A stretch of DNA of 62,733 nucleotides, the filler included, from Choristocarpus tenellus KU-1152 (taxonomy: Eukaryota > Protista > Phaeophyceae), in NCBI GenBank assembly GCA_964200185.2. It is 9 parts of 9 records of this genome, joined end to end, with 100 filler letters (N's around TTAATTAATTAA, not from the genome) between each part and the next. Parts side by side here need not be neighbours in the genome. Positions count along the whole stretch, not along the records: positions 14,996 to 35,431 come from CAXNAD020000395.1; positions 35,532 to 39,631 come from CAXNAD020016213.1; 7 more parts are not named here. One strand, 5' to 3'. A program made the position numbers and the translations under genes. Numbering within the stretch: position 1 is the stretch's first letter; each line of letters starts with the position of its first letter. The notes below the pieces were generated by a model. That model was not told the origin of the DNA and ran no database searches. It saw only the letters and a program-made list of their open reading frames with translations. Of the stretch, positions 25,696 through 38,498 are shown in pieces.

Positions 25696-27480
25696 TGTTT
25701 TAAGCTCGCCAGACAACTGCCTCTTCCTTACCCCTGTGTGGTCCACACTCAAGTCATTCCCCTCTTTGTATCTAAATACTTGATTGTACACCACAATAAG
25801 GAGCTGCTAAGCCCTCTCAATTGTGGTTTCATCACACTCGTGCTGTTTCTTTATGACCTTCACTATCACCTTGACGGACCCACATCTTGTGTATGTACAT
25901 GACTCGATTAATTCCTCATTGTGTAGAACAGACTGAACATGAAGTAAGGAAAGTGCAAGGAAGGAGTGAACCTCAAAGCTCAAAAAGGTTGTCACCTTCT
26001 CATTCATATCATCATATACATCGCTCATTCTCTGTGTTGTACTATAATAACTCGGATAATATCCTCATGATTACTCAATAAAAAAACTCAACTACTGATT
26101 GTTCATAACACACTCCCCTCCATTGAACTTCAAGTGAAAATTTTTTTTTGGACATAACGTAAACCACACATCAATTTCACTTCACTCTTTGTATGAAGAC
26201 ACCGAAAGGCCTATTGAAAGATTCCTTAGACAAACCCTTGGTAAAAAGATCAGCATGTTGGAACTCCGTTGGCAAATATCCAATTGCTATCTTTCCTTCG
26301 CTCTCCAAGTGATGTACTAAGTAATACCTAATACCAATGTGCTTGGTTCTACCACCAGATACTGCCTTCTTAGCACCCTTGATTGCACCATTATTATACA
26401 CCAAATACGGGGTGATCCTCACATTGTGATTGCATGAACATTCTCACTTGCTTGAGGAACATATCCTCTTTCCCCAACTCGTACAGTGCAATATACTCAG
26501 CCTCAGCAGTAGGCACTTTACCCGGTTTTGGCTTTCTCGACCACCAATCGACACACATCCTCCCCCAAAACATCCCAACACCTCCTGAAATGGACAATCT
26601 ACTATCTTTACAGTTAGCGTAATCACCATTTGTATATTCAAATTACTGATCCCTTGGTCCATTCCATACAATCCAAAGTCACCAAAGGTAATTCCATGCT
26701 ATTTAGTACCCAACAGGTACCCAATCTCTCTCCTGGCATTATACCAATCAGACCAACATGGATTCTCCACACAAAATGCCAATTCTCTAACTGGAAACTC
26801 TGGTTCACCACAAGTATCCCGGTTTCCTTCTTCCAGCAAAGTTTCCTCGGGCAGAAAATATTAGCTGTTCTTGTCTTGCCTTGGACCTCTGCACTCTCCC
26901 TTGTCCATCCATCTGTCTTGGCCAAAAAACATCTTTGTCCCGAGTACCTTGTGACTATCGTGGGGGGCGATGTACTTGAATCCACATTCCCCAGCTGTCC
27001 AGATCATCGACTTCATCATCAATGGCCCCTTTCCACAAAGGCCACTCCTCTGACTCCATAGCTGCTCGTATTGTAGTTGGTCTGGGTGGGAGGGGTCTGT
27101 CTTTCCTACCAACAAGCAAACCAACCAATCTCCTCTCATACCGAGGAGGGTGCTTCGATGGCTCACCAGGTTGACGTGAGGGATCACGATTATGGTCTGC
27201 TAGTCTCAGTATAACCTTCTACTACTCCACTGCTTTGACGTAGACGGATCCACATCCCCCATATCTGGATATAATACCCCTTCAGATCCAACCAAGTCCC
27301 CATCAACCTCCCGCTTAGATCCTAATACCTCAGGACTGGAGACATATTCCACAGTGTCATCACTCCCTGTATCCTCGAAACCTCCTTCACTCAAAGTTTC
27401 CTTCACCTCTTCAATCAATAGACTTCCTCCCAAGTCCACATTGGGTTCCTTGTTGTTGGCCACTCCATCATCCGTCAGTG
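25696..27480 (-). mobile_element. Ty1/Copia remnant 1: 3' LTR (25696-26110), PPT, RNase H and RT fragments
   Basis: RNase H motifs SISGG…WWSRK…TAEAEYIAL…RTKHIGIRYY…QHADLFTKGL (26177-26671). On the minus strand PPT GAGGGGAGTG abuts TGTTATGAAC at 26110, and a TGTT…AACA bounded ~415-bp LTR follows. Confidence 0.85.
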
Positions 27481-27482
27481 GG

Positions 27483-27551
27483 ACCCATGGGAAGCCAAGC
27501 CTCAAATGGACAAACAGGGAAAAACTCGTACCCTCTAAGATACTTTCACTC
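27483..27551 (-). mobile_element. MITE family A, partial, at the junction of two Copia remnants
   Basis: Reverse complement of the family A left arm, ending TAAGATACTTTCACTC. Confidence 0.85.
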
Positions 27552-29227
27552 TGGAAGAAGAGAGAAGAAAGAGATGGAAGCCTCACGCGATCCCCCATTG
27601 CTGAATGTGATCACATGGTGGTAGAAGATGGGGCTTTGTTTAGCACCTGTTATTTCTAGAAGGAATCACTAAAAGAAAGCACTTACAACGTTCCCAAAAA
27701 ACTCCACGATATCAAAAAGTGTCTCAAACATTTGAACTTTCAATCTATGACCAACTGTCAATAAACAACCCGCAAAGATATGAATCATTGTCCCAAATAC
27801 TTTCAGTTACATATTACCGTAATTCATACCTTATTCTACGCACTCCCCCATGAGAGTGGAAGTAAAAGAACACAGATTGCTTCAACTCTCACATACTACA
27901 CTCATCTTATCAACACAGTGTCTACCAAGTCTTCTACCGGGTTCTTCCGTAATATCTTTGTTAAAATGTCAGCAAATTGCAGTGCATTAAGCATATACTG
28001 TGCTAAAAGAGTTCCCTCGCTCACGTACTCCCTTGTGCATTTCAATTTTATATCGACATGCCTTATTCTTCCGTCGAACCCCACAGTTGTACCTCATTGT
28101 ATTGCGCTTCGGTTTTCCCCATACCAGTTTCAAATCCCTTGTGGTATGCCAAGCTCCACCAGGATTCCTCTGATAAATATTGTATGTCTCGTGACATTCG
28201 GGTGGAAGGGACCTGCCAGATCTGTGTATATCACCACACGAGGCTGTTTGGGGTTTTGACCTACCCTCTGATAGCTGAGCTTTTCCGCTTTGCATTCCTT
28301 GCACATTTTGCATCTCATCTCAGAAGCCACCGTAGTGTCTGGATTTCCAGTATTTCACGCTTTTCCAAGGCGTTTGGTGGCTGATGGGTTGATGTGGCCC
28401 AATATATTGTACCAGTGATGAAACGTAAGTTTCTGTCTCGTCGTAGGAAATGGTGCATTTGCCTTACTCTTTTTGAAATTCCCCCGATTTCTCCAACTTT
28501 ATCTGCGAACCATTCCGTGAAGTTCTGAGGTAGCATATTCTTAATCCCAAGTCCATGAATTCTCCTCCTTCTTGTCTTAAGGCTCTAGGGCTCATTATTG
28601 GACATGGCATACCAGGTACCCAAACTACATTATGAAGTACCACTCTTCCTTGACTCCACATTTTTGCTTGTTGTCGATAGTACCAAACCCCTTGTCTTTG
28701 CAGTCTCCAGCTTTCCATTTTTACCAAAGGTGCAGGTTCGATTTGTTCCTTCTGTGTTCACCAGATCCTCTCTGTATGGTGTGAGATGCACGTTCGCTCC
28801 AGAGTCGCACAGAAGTTCAATGTCTTTGCCTCACGATGAGCTAAGCATCCCTTGCTCTTCCTCTTTGCTGGCCGTTACCCTGAAGTTTGACCATGACCAT
28901 GCTAATCTTTGTGGCCACCTCTTCCCTTTTTATGTCCTCCTTGACAGGGTGTCACTGTAGCTCCAGGTTGTGGAGGAAATTGCATCGCAGGCACCATCCC
29001 TCGTGGTTGTTCCGCTGGTGGTTTGCCCGCCAAATACAAGTAGCATTCTCTCCATTAATGATCCAGTTTGAGACAGAAAGTGCAATGGTCATGAATCGGG
29101 ATATCTCGATAACCACTCGTGATTGTCCAATATTCAGTCCCTTGTTGTGCTTTATAGGGCTCTTGCGTTTCCGTTCTCCTCCTGGTCCGAAGGTAAGTAT
29201 AGTGATGATGATTGTCGAATAACCTAG
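27552..29227 (-). mobile_element. Ty1/Copia remnant 2: LTR (27552-27840), PPT and deleted gag-pol
   Basis: Minus-strand PPT TGGGGGAGTG beside the LTR. RNase H tail RIRHVDIKLK…QFADILTK, integrase CKEC…YTDLAGPF, protease LCDSGANVHL and VVWVPG. Confidence 0.8.
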
Positions 29228-29781
29228 TGTTATCCTTACGTTATCTATCTGTGCAGATACAAGTATATAACACAGGTTATGTGTACGTATATATTTAGTT
29301 CGGTACAATACAAAGTAGGAACGTGCATAAATATATAATAAGTCAACATTCATTCACACGTCATTGATGATGGATGGATGGCAGGCAATTAATGATTCAG
29401 TGTATGTTTTACCATGAAACTCAACTACTAGCTTTCAGCGACGAGCCTTTACATGCGCCAAGCTTCTCAACAATGAGATGATTGCCCGCTTCAGCTCCTC
29501 GCAGCTTATATCGGGTCTGTGATAGCTGTGTGAAATGCTGGGCATGGTTTCTTGATGCACAACAGTATTGGAGCCTTCTTTATGTTCTCTGACTTTCTTT
29601 CCCCTAGCTTCTTGAACTCTGCAAATATTTGTTCGAGTTTTGACTACGAAATCCGTACTGTTCGTAGTCGAGGAGCAATTTAGCCCTTGGAGGCGTGCTT
29701 CCAGGGTGAAAATTTGCAGGGGACCTTGTCCTCCACACGGCCTCCATTGGCTCGTTCTGATTCCATCTATGTTCGTGCATT

Positions 29782-30035
29782 GAGTGCAAGTATCTTAGGG
29801 GGTACGAATTTTTCCCTATTAGTTCATTTAGGGCATGGCTTCCGACGGGTTTTTATGATATTTTGCCTACTCCAAAGTGTTTCAGAGTAGGTAAAATGTG
29901 TATGTTATGAAAAGGTGTGTCCGAGACAAGCATATCGATATTTCTTAACATGATGGATAAAATATCATCAAACATGCAACATTAGATTTTGGCCACCAAA
30001 TGGACGCGGCTCTACCCTCTAAGATATTTCGACTC
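29782..30035 (+). mobile_element. MITE family A, full copy
   Basis: GAGTGCAAGTATCTTAGGGGGTA … TACCCTCTAAGATATTTCGACTC. Confidence 0.88.
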
Positions 30036-30373
30036 ATTGTCTGGGTTCTCGTTGTCGAATTTCTCCACGATTGGATTTGCGGAACCTCTTGTCGCTTGGA
30101 TCATCAGAAATCACAGATGTCTGCTGTTCTTCTCATATTTTTTGTACGCTATTCATTCTGTGCCATTGGTGTGTCGTGAGTTCAGGGACCACCTATTTTC
30201 GCCGTAGAATGTCGAACAGACCCTTTCCACTGACGTCGCATACCACAGATAATGTCAATGTTGTCCAGGTTTCCACTGACCGCTCTGGTACTCCAATTCA
30301 GATGGGCAACTTCCTCATGTCATTCTCCATATCGTTGACGCTCGTAACCTGTGCAGATTTAGACTGCTGTTTG

Positions 30374-30692
30374 TGTTAGAATGGAAGAAGAGGGAAGAAA
30401 GGGATGGGAGCCTCATACGATTCCCCATTGCTGAATATGAACACATGGTTGAAAAGAGGAGTGATAATTTGTAGAAGATGGGGCTTTGTCTAGACCCTGT
30501 TGTTTCTAAAAAGAATCACGAAAAGGAAGCACTTACAACATTCCCAGAAAACTCTATCACGATATATATAAATGTCCCGAAAATGTGGACTTTCAATCTA
30601 TGACCAGTTGTCAAAAATAACCTGCTAAGACATGAACAATTGTCCCAAATGCGTTCGGCTACATATAACCATAATTCAGACCTTATTCTACA
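30374..30692 (-). repeat. Copia LTR homologous to 27552-27840
   Basis: TG…CA bounded (TGTTAGAAT…ATTCTACA). Colinear with 27552-27840 at roughly 80% identity by eye. Confidence 0.8.
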
Positions 30693-32353
30693 CAAAATCT
30701 GTCGGGGATCTTAACTGCATGATGATAGCAACCTAACGTTGAGTCTCGCAACTGCTCGGTATGTAGGTAAGGGCAGATGAGTGATCGATTGATTAATTTG
30801 ATTGATCAACTAGCACACATTTGTTTGAGATAAGAGATGGAGTGTTTCTGTGGATTTTATTTTTTGATCAAGCATGACTCTGCCCGTTTGATTCTTACCT
30901 CTTTTTTATCGCGTTGTCTTCTCAAGCTTGTGCCTCATAAGAGAGGCAATCAGAACTCCACCCAACGTGTTTGGTCAATGATCTGAGACCAGAGTTTGAG
31001 ATGATGGCAGTAGATATTTCTTCCAAAAATGAACAAAAACAACAGCTTCTCTGATTTTGGATCTTGAGGTAATTCCCCCTCAATATTGAGACCCCGATCC
31101 TGACGAGCAGGTAGTTGTTAAGAATCCTCCCCTTGAAGAATTAGATTGAATAACTCTGAATGAGAAGTATCCTGTAACTGTGAAAGTTGGCATCTATCAA
31201 ACTCTGCATCAATTCGTCACAAAGTGTGCACCCTATCCATATCCATGTTTTCCCTCTCTCTTTCATGACTGAGTGCACACACACACACAAATTGTTGGTT
31301 CTTGCCTCATACCTCATTCTCATAGGTGGAACGAGTTCCAGGACGAGCACGAGGAAGTCCTAGAACAGGTGACAGGACTACGAAGCGTTTTGAAGGTGAC
31401 TGGAGCTTTCCATCACCATCGCTCTTCCCCTCATCATCTGGTGGTGTTGAAAATATTGCCCCAGTGGCTTCAGCAATACCAGGTGCTCAAGATAGAGAAC
31501 GTAGTCTTAGGAATGCAAGCAATCAGGCTTAATTTGATTATAGTACTTGTGAAGTTATGGGTGGGAATAGAATCGGGAGTGGGGTCTGATTCAAGGACAA
31601 GGGTAATAGCCAGGGCCAAGACATGATTGATAGTCGGAATGAAGTGGGTGTCGGAGATGTGGTCAAGGGCAAGGAAGTAGAGGCAAGCAATGGTGAAGTC
31701 TATGGGAGAAAGTAAGATATGGAAAGCGGGCAAGGCACTGCCTCCTTCCCCTTAGCACCTCATGAGGCCGTTTCATCAACCTCCTCCCTAGCCCCAACCT
31801 TCTCCCAGTCTCCCTTCACACCCTATCATGCTCTGTGCACCGTTCTTTCGTCTACCAGATCCTCTTCCCAATCCTATTCTTCTCGACCAGCTTCTAGCGC
31901 CCATCATCCCCACTCGGAATCCTGCTTCCACAATAATATAGGCAGGGAAGCATAGAAGGAGCAATCCAGATGTCGACCTGGTTCAGGTTCTTGTAAAAGC
32001 AATGGAGATGGCGGGAGGAGTAGAGGACAAAGAAGATTCATTTGTTCGATTAAATTCTTCCAACTCTATCGGACAGTTATGGTAAAATTTGTATGGAGTA
32101 AGAGAACAATCATTAGTGTTTGAGTTCTCAGAACCTTCACTGGTGATTAACTATATGAGAAAAAGTTATCATATAAAACAGATATATTTATGCTTTTATG
32201 AGGTGCTGCCTGCCCCATTTAGCTTTAGTCAATCACCCTACAGACATCAATCAATCTCGCTGGGTTTATCACCTTTATCCTCTTGAATAATTTAGGCGAT
32301 ACTTTAACACAATATATTAAACCTTAGGTTTCTATCTAACCTATCATTTCAAC

Positions 32354-35290
32354 ATGTCTACACGAGCAGATGCGATTCTACTTGCTCCTGCCGAGGGCCC
32401 ATCTATTCAAGAATTGCGGGAACCTCTTCCTGCCGAGGGCCCATCTGTCCAAGAATTCCGACAGCTTCTCGCAGCAGTAGCGGGTTTGTCAAGAAACGTT
32501 GGCAATCTCATGGTTCAGTCTGATAGAGTCGGTAACGGAAATCATCCCGTTGTTTAGGCCGCTGTGCCCAGCACACAGCCTCCGGCTGGGTACATACCAG
32601 TCGAAATGGGTCCTATGGAACCCATGTTGAGGGAAAATTTCCCAGCGAGGGGAAACACTTCAGATGTTGTGAGTGTCAGAAGTGGGGCTAGCCGGAAGTT
32701 CGGTTCTTCGGAGAGCTTAGGGTCAGGCGCACATATTGTTCACCCTAAGGCAAAGAGATCAAGGACCCAACCACCGAAACTATTGAACGACTCGGACTAC
32801 CATTACTGGCGGAGTTGTTTCATCGTGCATTGCAGATATATCCAATGCTTGGGTGCTTTGACAAGAGAAAGACCAGTCAATCAAAAACACTCCTACGAAG
32901 AACTTCTCTTGGATGGCTTCAGTGTGAATGATATCTGGATGGCCGAAGAGGCCTACCATGCACTTACTGTTGCTTTCATCGCACCCACCACCAGGGCGCT
33001 GTGCTATACGCACCAATGCCCGAGGGAGCTTGGAATAGATGATTGCATGCTTAATTCATGGGGTAATAGCCAACATTTTTTCCGTGAGTTTTTCACTTCA
33101 AAGGTGGAGAAGGGGGAAAATCCGATCCTGACCTTAAACCACTTGGAAGAGCAACTGGTGAGGATTCTATCAATGGACCTGGTGATCTCGGACAAGCTGC
33201 TGTTCCTACAGTTCCTGAGTGCTCTCGGATCAGACTATGATACCAAGATACCCATATGGCCTCGCAGAGGACACTATGTCCAGCAGACGTAGAGAAAAGG
33301 GTCAAAGTATCTGGGGGGAGTGGGGGTGGTTTGTGAGGGGGTGTCCGTTTGGGTCAAACAACCTTTTTTTTTGCTGACATTTCAAATCCGACACGTGCGA
33401 CCAAATCACACCAAAATAGTGAAAATCGAAAAAAGGATGAAAAGCGGACGCCAACACCCCCCCCAAGATACTTTGACCCAAAACTGCTAGAGAGCGATGT
33501 ACTTCCCTTCATAGGGGAAGGACTCTAGACACAAGAGTAGGAACGCTTTGGTAGTTAGTGGCTCATCACAGGGGAAGAATCAGTCCCATCGTAACAGCCA
33601 AGGTCGTGGGGTCATATGTAAAATTCATGGTGGAAAAAAGAAAAATGGTTCATATTCCAACCCTAAGCGTTCCGAGAAGATTCCTTGTGAGAGGTGTGGT
33701 AAAAATGGACACGAGAAGGGAGCTTGCCCAAAACGCATTTGCACCAATTGTGGTGGACTTGCCCATGATGCTACAGCATGCACTTTGGTGTTCATGACTA
33801 CAGTGGAGTCTGGGAAAGAAGAGATTGAGACCGAGGAAAATCCTTCCCACATTACTATGGAAAGTATTACCAGCTGCAGCAACAACGAGCAGTACGCACT
33901 ACTGGCCACCACCGAGGACTCTCCGAGAAATAATGCTCCTGGCAAGTGTGGGAAAAATGAATGTTTGGTGTCAACTGTTGGGGTTGGCTGCGAGAAAGAA
34001 GAATGGATTTCGGACAGTGTGGCTTCATGTCACATGACAAATATGGTAAAGTCTATCACAAATTACAAGCCTTGTGTTGGAGACAAAAGGGTAGTCACTG
34101 CCAGTCAAAATTCCTTTTGCATCGTTGGTCATGGTGATCTAATCATCTTGTTTCCGTCAAGTAACAACAAGGAGGTAGGAATAAGTAGGTAGGAATACTC
34201 CTCCAAAATGTCGCCCATGTCCCAGATCTTGGATTCAATCTTTTTTCTTACCAAGCAGCTGATGATATGGGTGCGAAAGGTTTTGCACGGCGAGTACATT
34301 CTCGTTGTTAGATGGAATATTATTCTTCACAAGAGATCCTGGTTGTCGTTACACCCTCCATGGCCAACGCATATTGCCGCGACTAGATGGAATTGCTGAA
34401 GTTCCTTTAAAGGCCACTATACCCCCTCACTTGCACCCGATGCTCCCCACACCGACATCGACATTGACATCTTCCATCGCTCTTATTGACACGCACACGA
34501 GGCATTGCTCAAGTCATTGCTCAAGTCCATCGCCACTTCAATGGGCATTACATTGGTTGGTGAGCTGGAGTCATGTGCGGGCTGCTCTATGAGCAAGGGC
34601 ACACGGAATGGTGTCCGGCCCACCACGTCTTCAAGGGTAGTAGAAAGCTGGATCGGTTGTTTGTTGATTTAAGTGGGAAGAGGGCTACCCTTTTAATTGT
34701 TGGTAAAAAATACACCATGATATTCCCTTCGTGCTATAAGTCGGATGCCACCAAAAACTTCAAGAAGTACCTGACCGATATTCAGGCTGATGATACTCCC
34801 TCTCGGGTCATGTGTGTGCGGTCCGATAACGGGGGGAAATTTTATGAGAGTGCTTTCGGTACTCTTTGTCGTAATCGTGGGATAAGACAGGAGTTTACAC
34901 TTGCAGACAGCCCTCGATTTAATGGAGTTGCTGAATGCATGCTGGGTATTATTGATGAAGCTTCTTTAGCTGCCCGCATTCAAGCTCCCCTACCTTTCCC
35001 CCATGTTACTATCCCCAAGACAGACTCTCCATGAGCTGAAGCTCAAACTCTATGTTTGTGACTCGCTCAATCACACATCGACCACCGCTAACCCTGGTTG
35101 TAAATCCTGTTGACCTACCAATTTCTTCATCCTGGTTTTTGCCGTCTTAGTAAAACCCATAAGACTTTTCGAAAGGCTCCACAATGTTTTTACCTGGGGC
35201 CGGGGATCAATCACCCCCGTGAAGCATATCGTGTTCATACTTTGACCGATGCCATAGTTACTAGACGTAACCTGACCTGGCTGTCTTCTA
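32354..35290 (+). pseudogene. Ty1/Copia remnant 3: gag, protease and integrase, degenerate, no RT
   Basis: Gag motifs PPKL…YHYW and LQFLSALGSDYD, two CCHC knuckles (CERCGKNGHEKGAC, CTNCGGLAHDATAC), protease WISDSVASCHM, integrase LFVDLSG / VRSDNGG / FNGVAE and SH3-like CFYLGPG. Multiple stops and frameshifts. Confidence 0.92.
33299..33479 (+). mobile_element. MITE family B (181 bp), full copy with 4-bp TSD AAAA, nested in Copia gag
   Basis: TIRs GGGTCAAAGTATCT … AGATACTTTGACCC with AAAA on both sides. Confidence 0.92.
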
Positions 35291-35533
35291 AGGACCCCAG
35301 TATTGCCCCAGTAGGAGAAGTTAAGAATATGTTTTTTATTCATGTGTAAAAGATGATTCTGTGGAAGAAACAATCTAAGAATGAAGAGACGGTGTTTGTA
35401 TGCTGCAGAATAAGAAGATAAGGTTGGGTTTNNNNNNNNNNNNNNNNNNNNNNNNNNNNNNNNNNNNNNNNNNNNTTAATTAATTAANNNNNNNNNNNNN
35501 NNNNNNNNNNNNNNNNNNNNNNNNNNNNNNNAG

Positions 35534-36250
35534 AATGCAATCCCGGATGCTTCTGATATGAAGGCCGTCAAGCGGGCGCGTCCCCTGCCCACAAACCGCA
35601 CCAAGGTTACAATGATGGATGAGGTGGATGCAGAGAAGGGCAAGCTGACACAAACACAGATTTTGAGCCTGTTGACTCCAAGGTCAGTTTTGTGTTTCCA
35701 CACACACACCCCTCCCACCCCATGCCAATTTTCCTTTCATCTTTTTGTTTCATTTGACAGTTTGGTCCTACAACTGTGGAATCCACTTTGCATGGATAGA
35801 TTGTCAACAGGAGTGATCAACAATGCATCTCGCACCTGAAAGATATAATGTAACGCCTGTAGATTATCATGGAGAACTTGACCTGGCTGCTCTGGCAATG
35901 CACTAGCTTCCAATCCTTTATATTGTGTTGAAACGATGGGTGAATGAAGCGTAATTGGGTAAGAAAGGAATGTGTGGTGGGACTGAGCAAATCGAGAGCA
36001 CACTGTCCTCCTAACCCCCATGCACTTGAAACGGTTTTCGATCTATTTGAATGAGAGCAGCGAAGAAAAGGATGTACAGCCAGGGAACTCCAAAAAACTG
36101 GCAGCAGACTTCCACGTGGGAGAAGCAGATGTGGTGGTTTTACTAAAATACTACCGAGCCCCAGAGATACGCCTAAACCTCAACCAGGAGAAGGAGGCTC
36201 GATGGAACTGGGAGGACTTCGCCAGTTCAATCCCATCCTTCAGACAATGA
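35534..36250 (+). CDS. NDUFAF4/UPF0240-like complex I assembly factor, 3' exons (35534-35682, 36061-36250)
   Basis: A phase-2 GT-AG junction gives RPLPTNR…KGKLTQTQILSLL…KLAADFHVGEADVVVLLKYY, which resembles the NDUFAF4 C-terminal GK(I/L)…IA.EY.L….V..LLKYF pattern from memory. Confidence 0.55.
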
Positions 36251-38498
36251 TCTAGGCCCGGCCTGTACCCTTGGGCCGGCTTTTTGACATATTAAGAATG
36301 AGATATAATTAAGACCCTGATTGAGAGCAATGACACATACATGCTCTAGAGTTGGTGCTGTGCTAGAGGTAATAGTTCAAGTCTCAAAGGGCACTCTTCT
36401 GCTGAGTAATAATATTGTCATGGTTGATTGATTTAGTTTCGAGCTGGAACTAAACCAATCATATTATAGAGGAAGGTTTTGTTAGTTGTCTGACTAGTCA
36501 TAGAGAACCCAAGTTTGATGCCGGTCTTTGCTTTTATCCTGCGCCTTGAGTCTATGCCAGGATCAATGTCATCATGGCCTTGATTCATTTCGTTCTATAT
36601 TTTGTGTGCAGTAGCGGTTGCTTATCATCACTTAACATGCAGTGCTACCTATTCTCTACTCCCTTAGGCCAGGTGTTTGCTGGGGAGGTTCTATGATCTT
36701 GTGGACAGAGGATATGACATTTTCAAATTTCTATAATTGCCAGTCTGATGTTTGGGTCTCCAACGGGAAAAATCCAGGGCACAACAGAAGGAACATTATA
36801 CATGAAATGGAGCAGAAAAAGAACACAAAACCTTGTATCACCTTCTACTCCATATACAAGAGTAGAATGAGCACTTTCCTATGCAATTGTGTCTCTCTAC
36901 TATGAGCATGGCAGACTACTGTCTCACTGAGGTACAAGGCGCTCTGGAGCAATCTGTAGTGTGGAGCGCTGGGACAAGGCATTTGTTGAAGATGGAAAAC
37001 ACGTGCAACGACTGTAGAGATTAGGGAATACACACCATCGATGCGATCAATATGACATGGCAGTAAACATAACGTTTGGCTTTTTGATTGAAGTCTGCCT
37101 GCAATATCTGTTGCACACAATGCAGTGGAATAGAAATGATAACTTCCTGCTTTGAAGTTGTGTTTGTAGCAACCTCTTCCATCAACAAGCCACAAATGTA
37201 ACTGGTGCACTACTGCTTTGGAGCTGTAGAATCAATATGCAATACCTGACTGTAAAATAGTGTGTCTCCCTCGTGAGATGCACACACAGTCCTCAGGCAT
37301 GTAAATATTTTATGTATCTCTATGTGTGCTATGCTTCCTTATAATATTATCTAGAACTGTTGACCTCAGGAGAGAGTGTACAGAAAATTGATTTGGTTCG
37401 AAAACTATATATTTTCTGTACAATCCTATGCTAATTCTCTATATACTTTTAAATGCGGTATTTATTTTACTTCGGTCCTTCAATATGGTGGAATGCCACA
37501 ACATCGAGTAAACTGTACATCCACAAGGAATATATTTTTCTTCCTTTCCTGTACAGCTACTCCCCACTGGAACTCATTGCGTAGAACTATGTATTCTATG
37601 AACTAACAAAGCCATGAGATTCTGAACTTCGATCTATGCGATATATTTAACCACAACACATTCGCGGTGGAAAGGTTAGGGTGTCTAGGCACACAGGCAC
37701 AGCAATTCCTGGATGAGAGGTGGGGACTCATGTAGTGAGTGGTAGGGGGGCTGGGGCGGTTAGCAGGAAGCAGTAAAGGCACCCATACGACAGATTGTAT
37801 CATGCCCACTACACAAATAGCAATCTCCAGGGAGGGGTGTCGTGTAGTTCAAGTTGGAGACATCAGGTCAGTAATTACGTACATTCAGTACTAAGCAGCA
37901 TATGATTTAATAGTAGTTGCTTACCCAAACAATGCAAAGAGACGGAAGACCCACAGTCAGACAGACGCTTCTTCTGTTGAGACCCACACGCCTCCATCCA
38001 GGGTGTTGGATTCTTCACCAAACGGGGGTAATTCTGCTAATTATGGTTGGAGATGCACGATGATAAGAGTAAAGAGAGATTATGTAGACCTATAACTTCC
38101 TGTGACTACATACAAGTGGAGCATAGTATTTTTATTATAGTGAAATGGGGTCCCCTACATAAAGGAGAGGTTATCAACACTAATATGAAGGTGATGAAAT
38201 ATTTTTGGTTCAAAGTAGGTAGCATTGTGTTTTAGACCTCCACATCTTATATTCTATAATCTTGCATCGTATTATTGAGGGAACAGACATTGAAACGTAT
38301 TTTTTTCTCCTCCATCCAAAAATCCGCAAGATACCCGATCTTGTGCGTCCCTTATATTGTGGCACTCTTAACATTTCACAGGCTCGGACAAAGGATCGTG
38401 GGCATTATGTTGCATTTGCGACAAAGTGGAGGAGGGTGGTACTCATTTTCCTCCTGTCTTATGGAGTGGATCCTCCTTCTCTTTGTCCCCCTAATCAG

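Noticed and set aside
31326-31395. Exon-like segment WNEFQDEHEEVLEQVTGLRSVLK with AG/GT borders
   Set aside because: Isolated, with no partner exons or family assignment.
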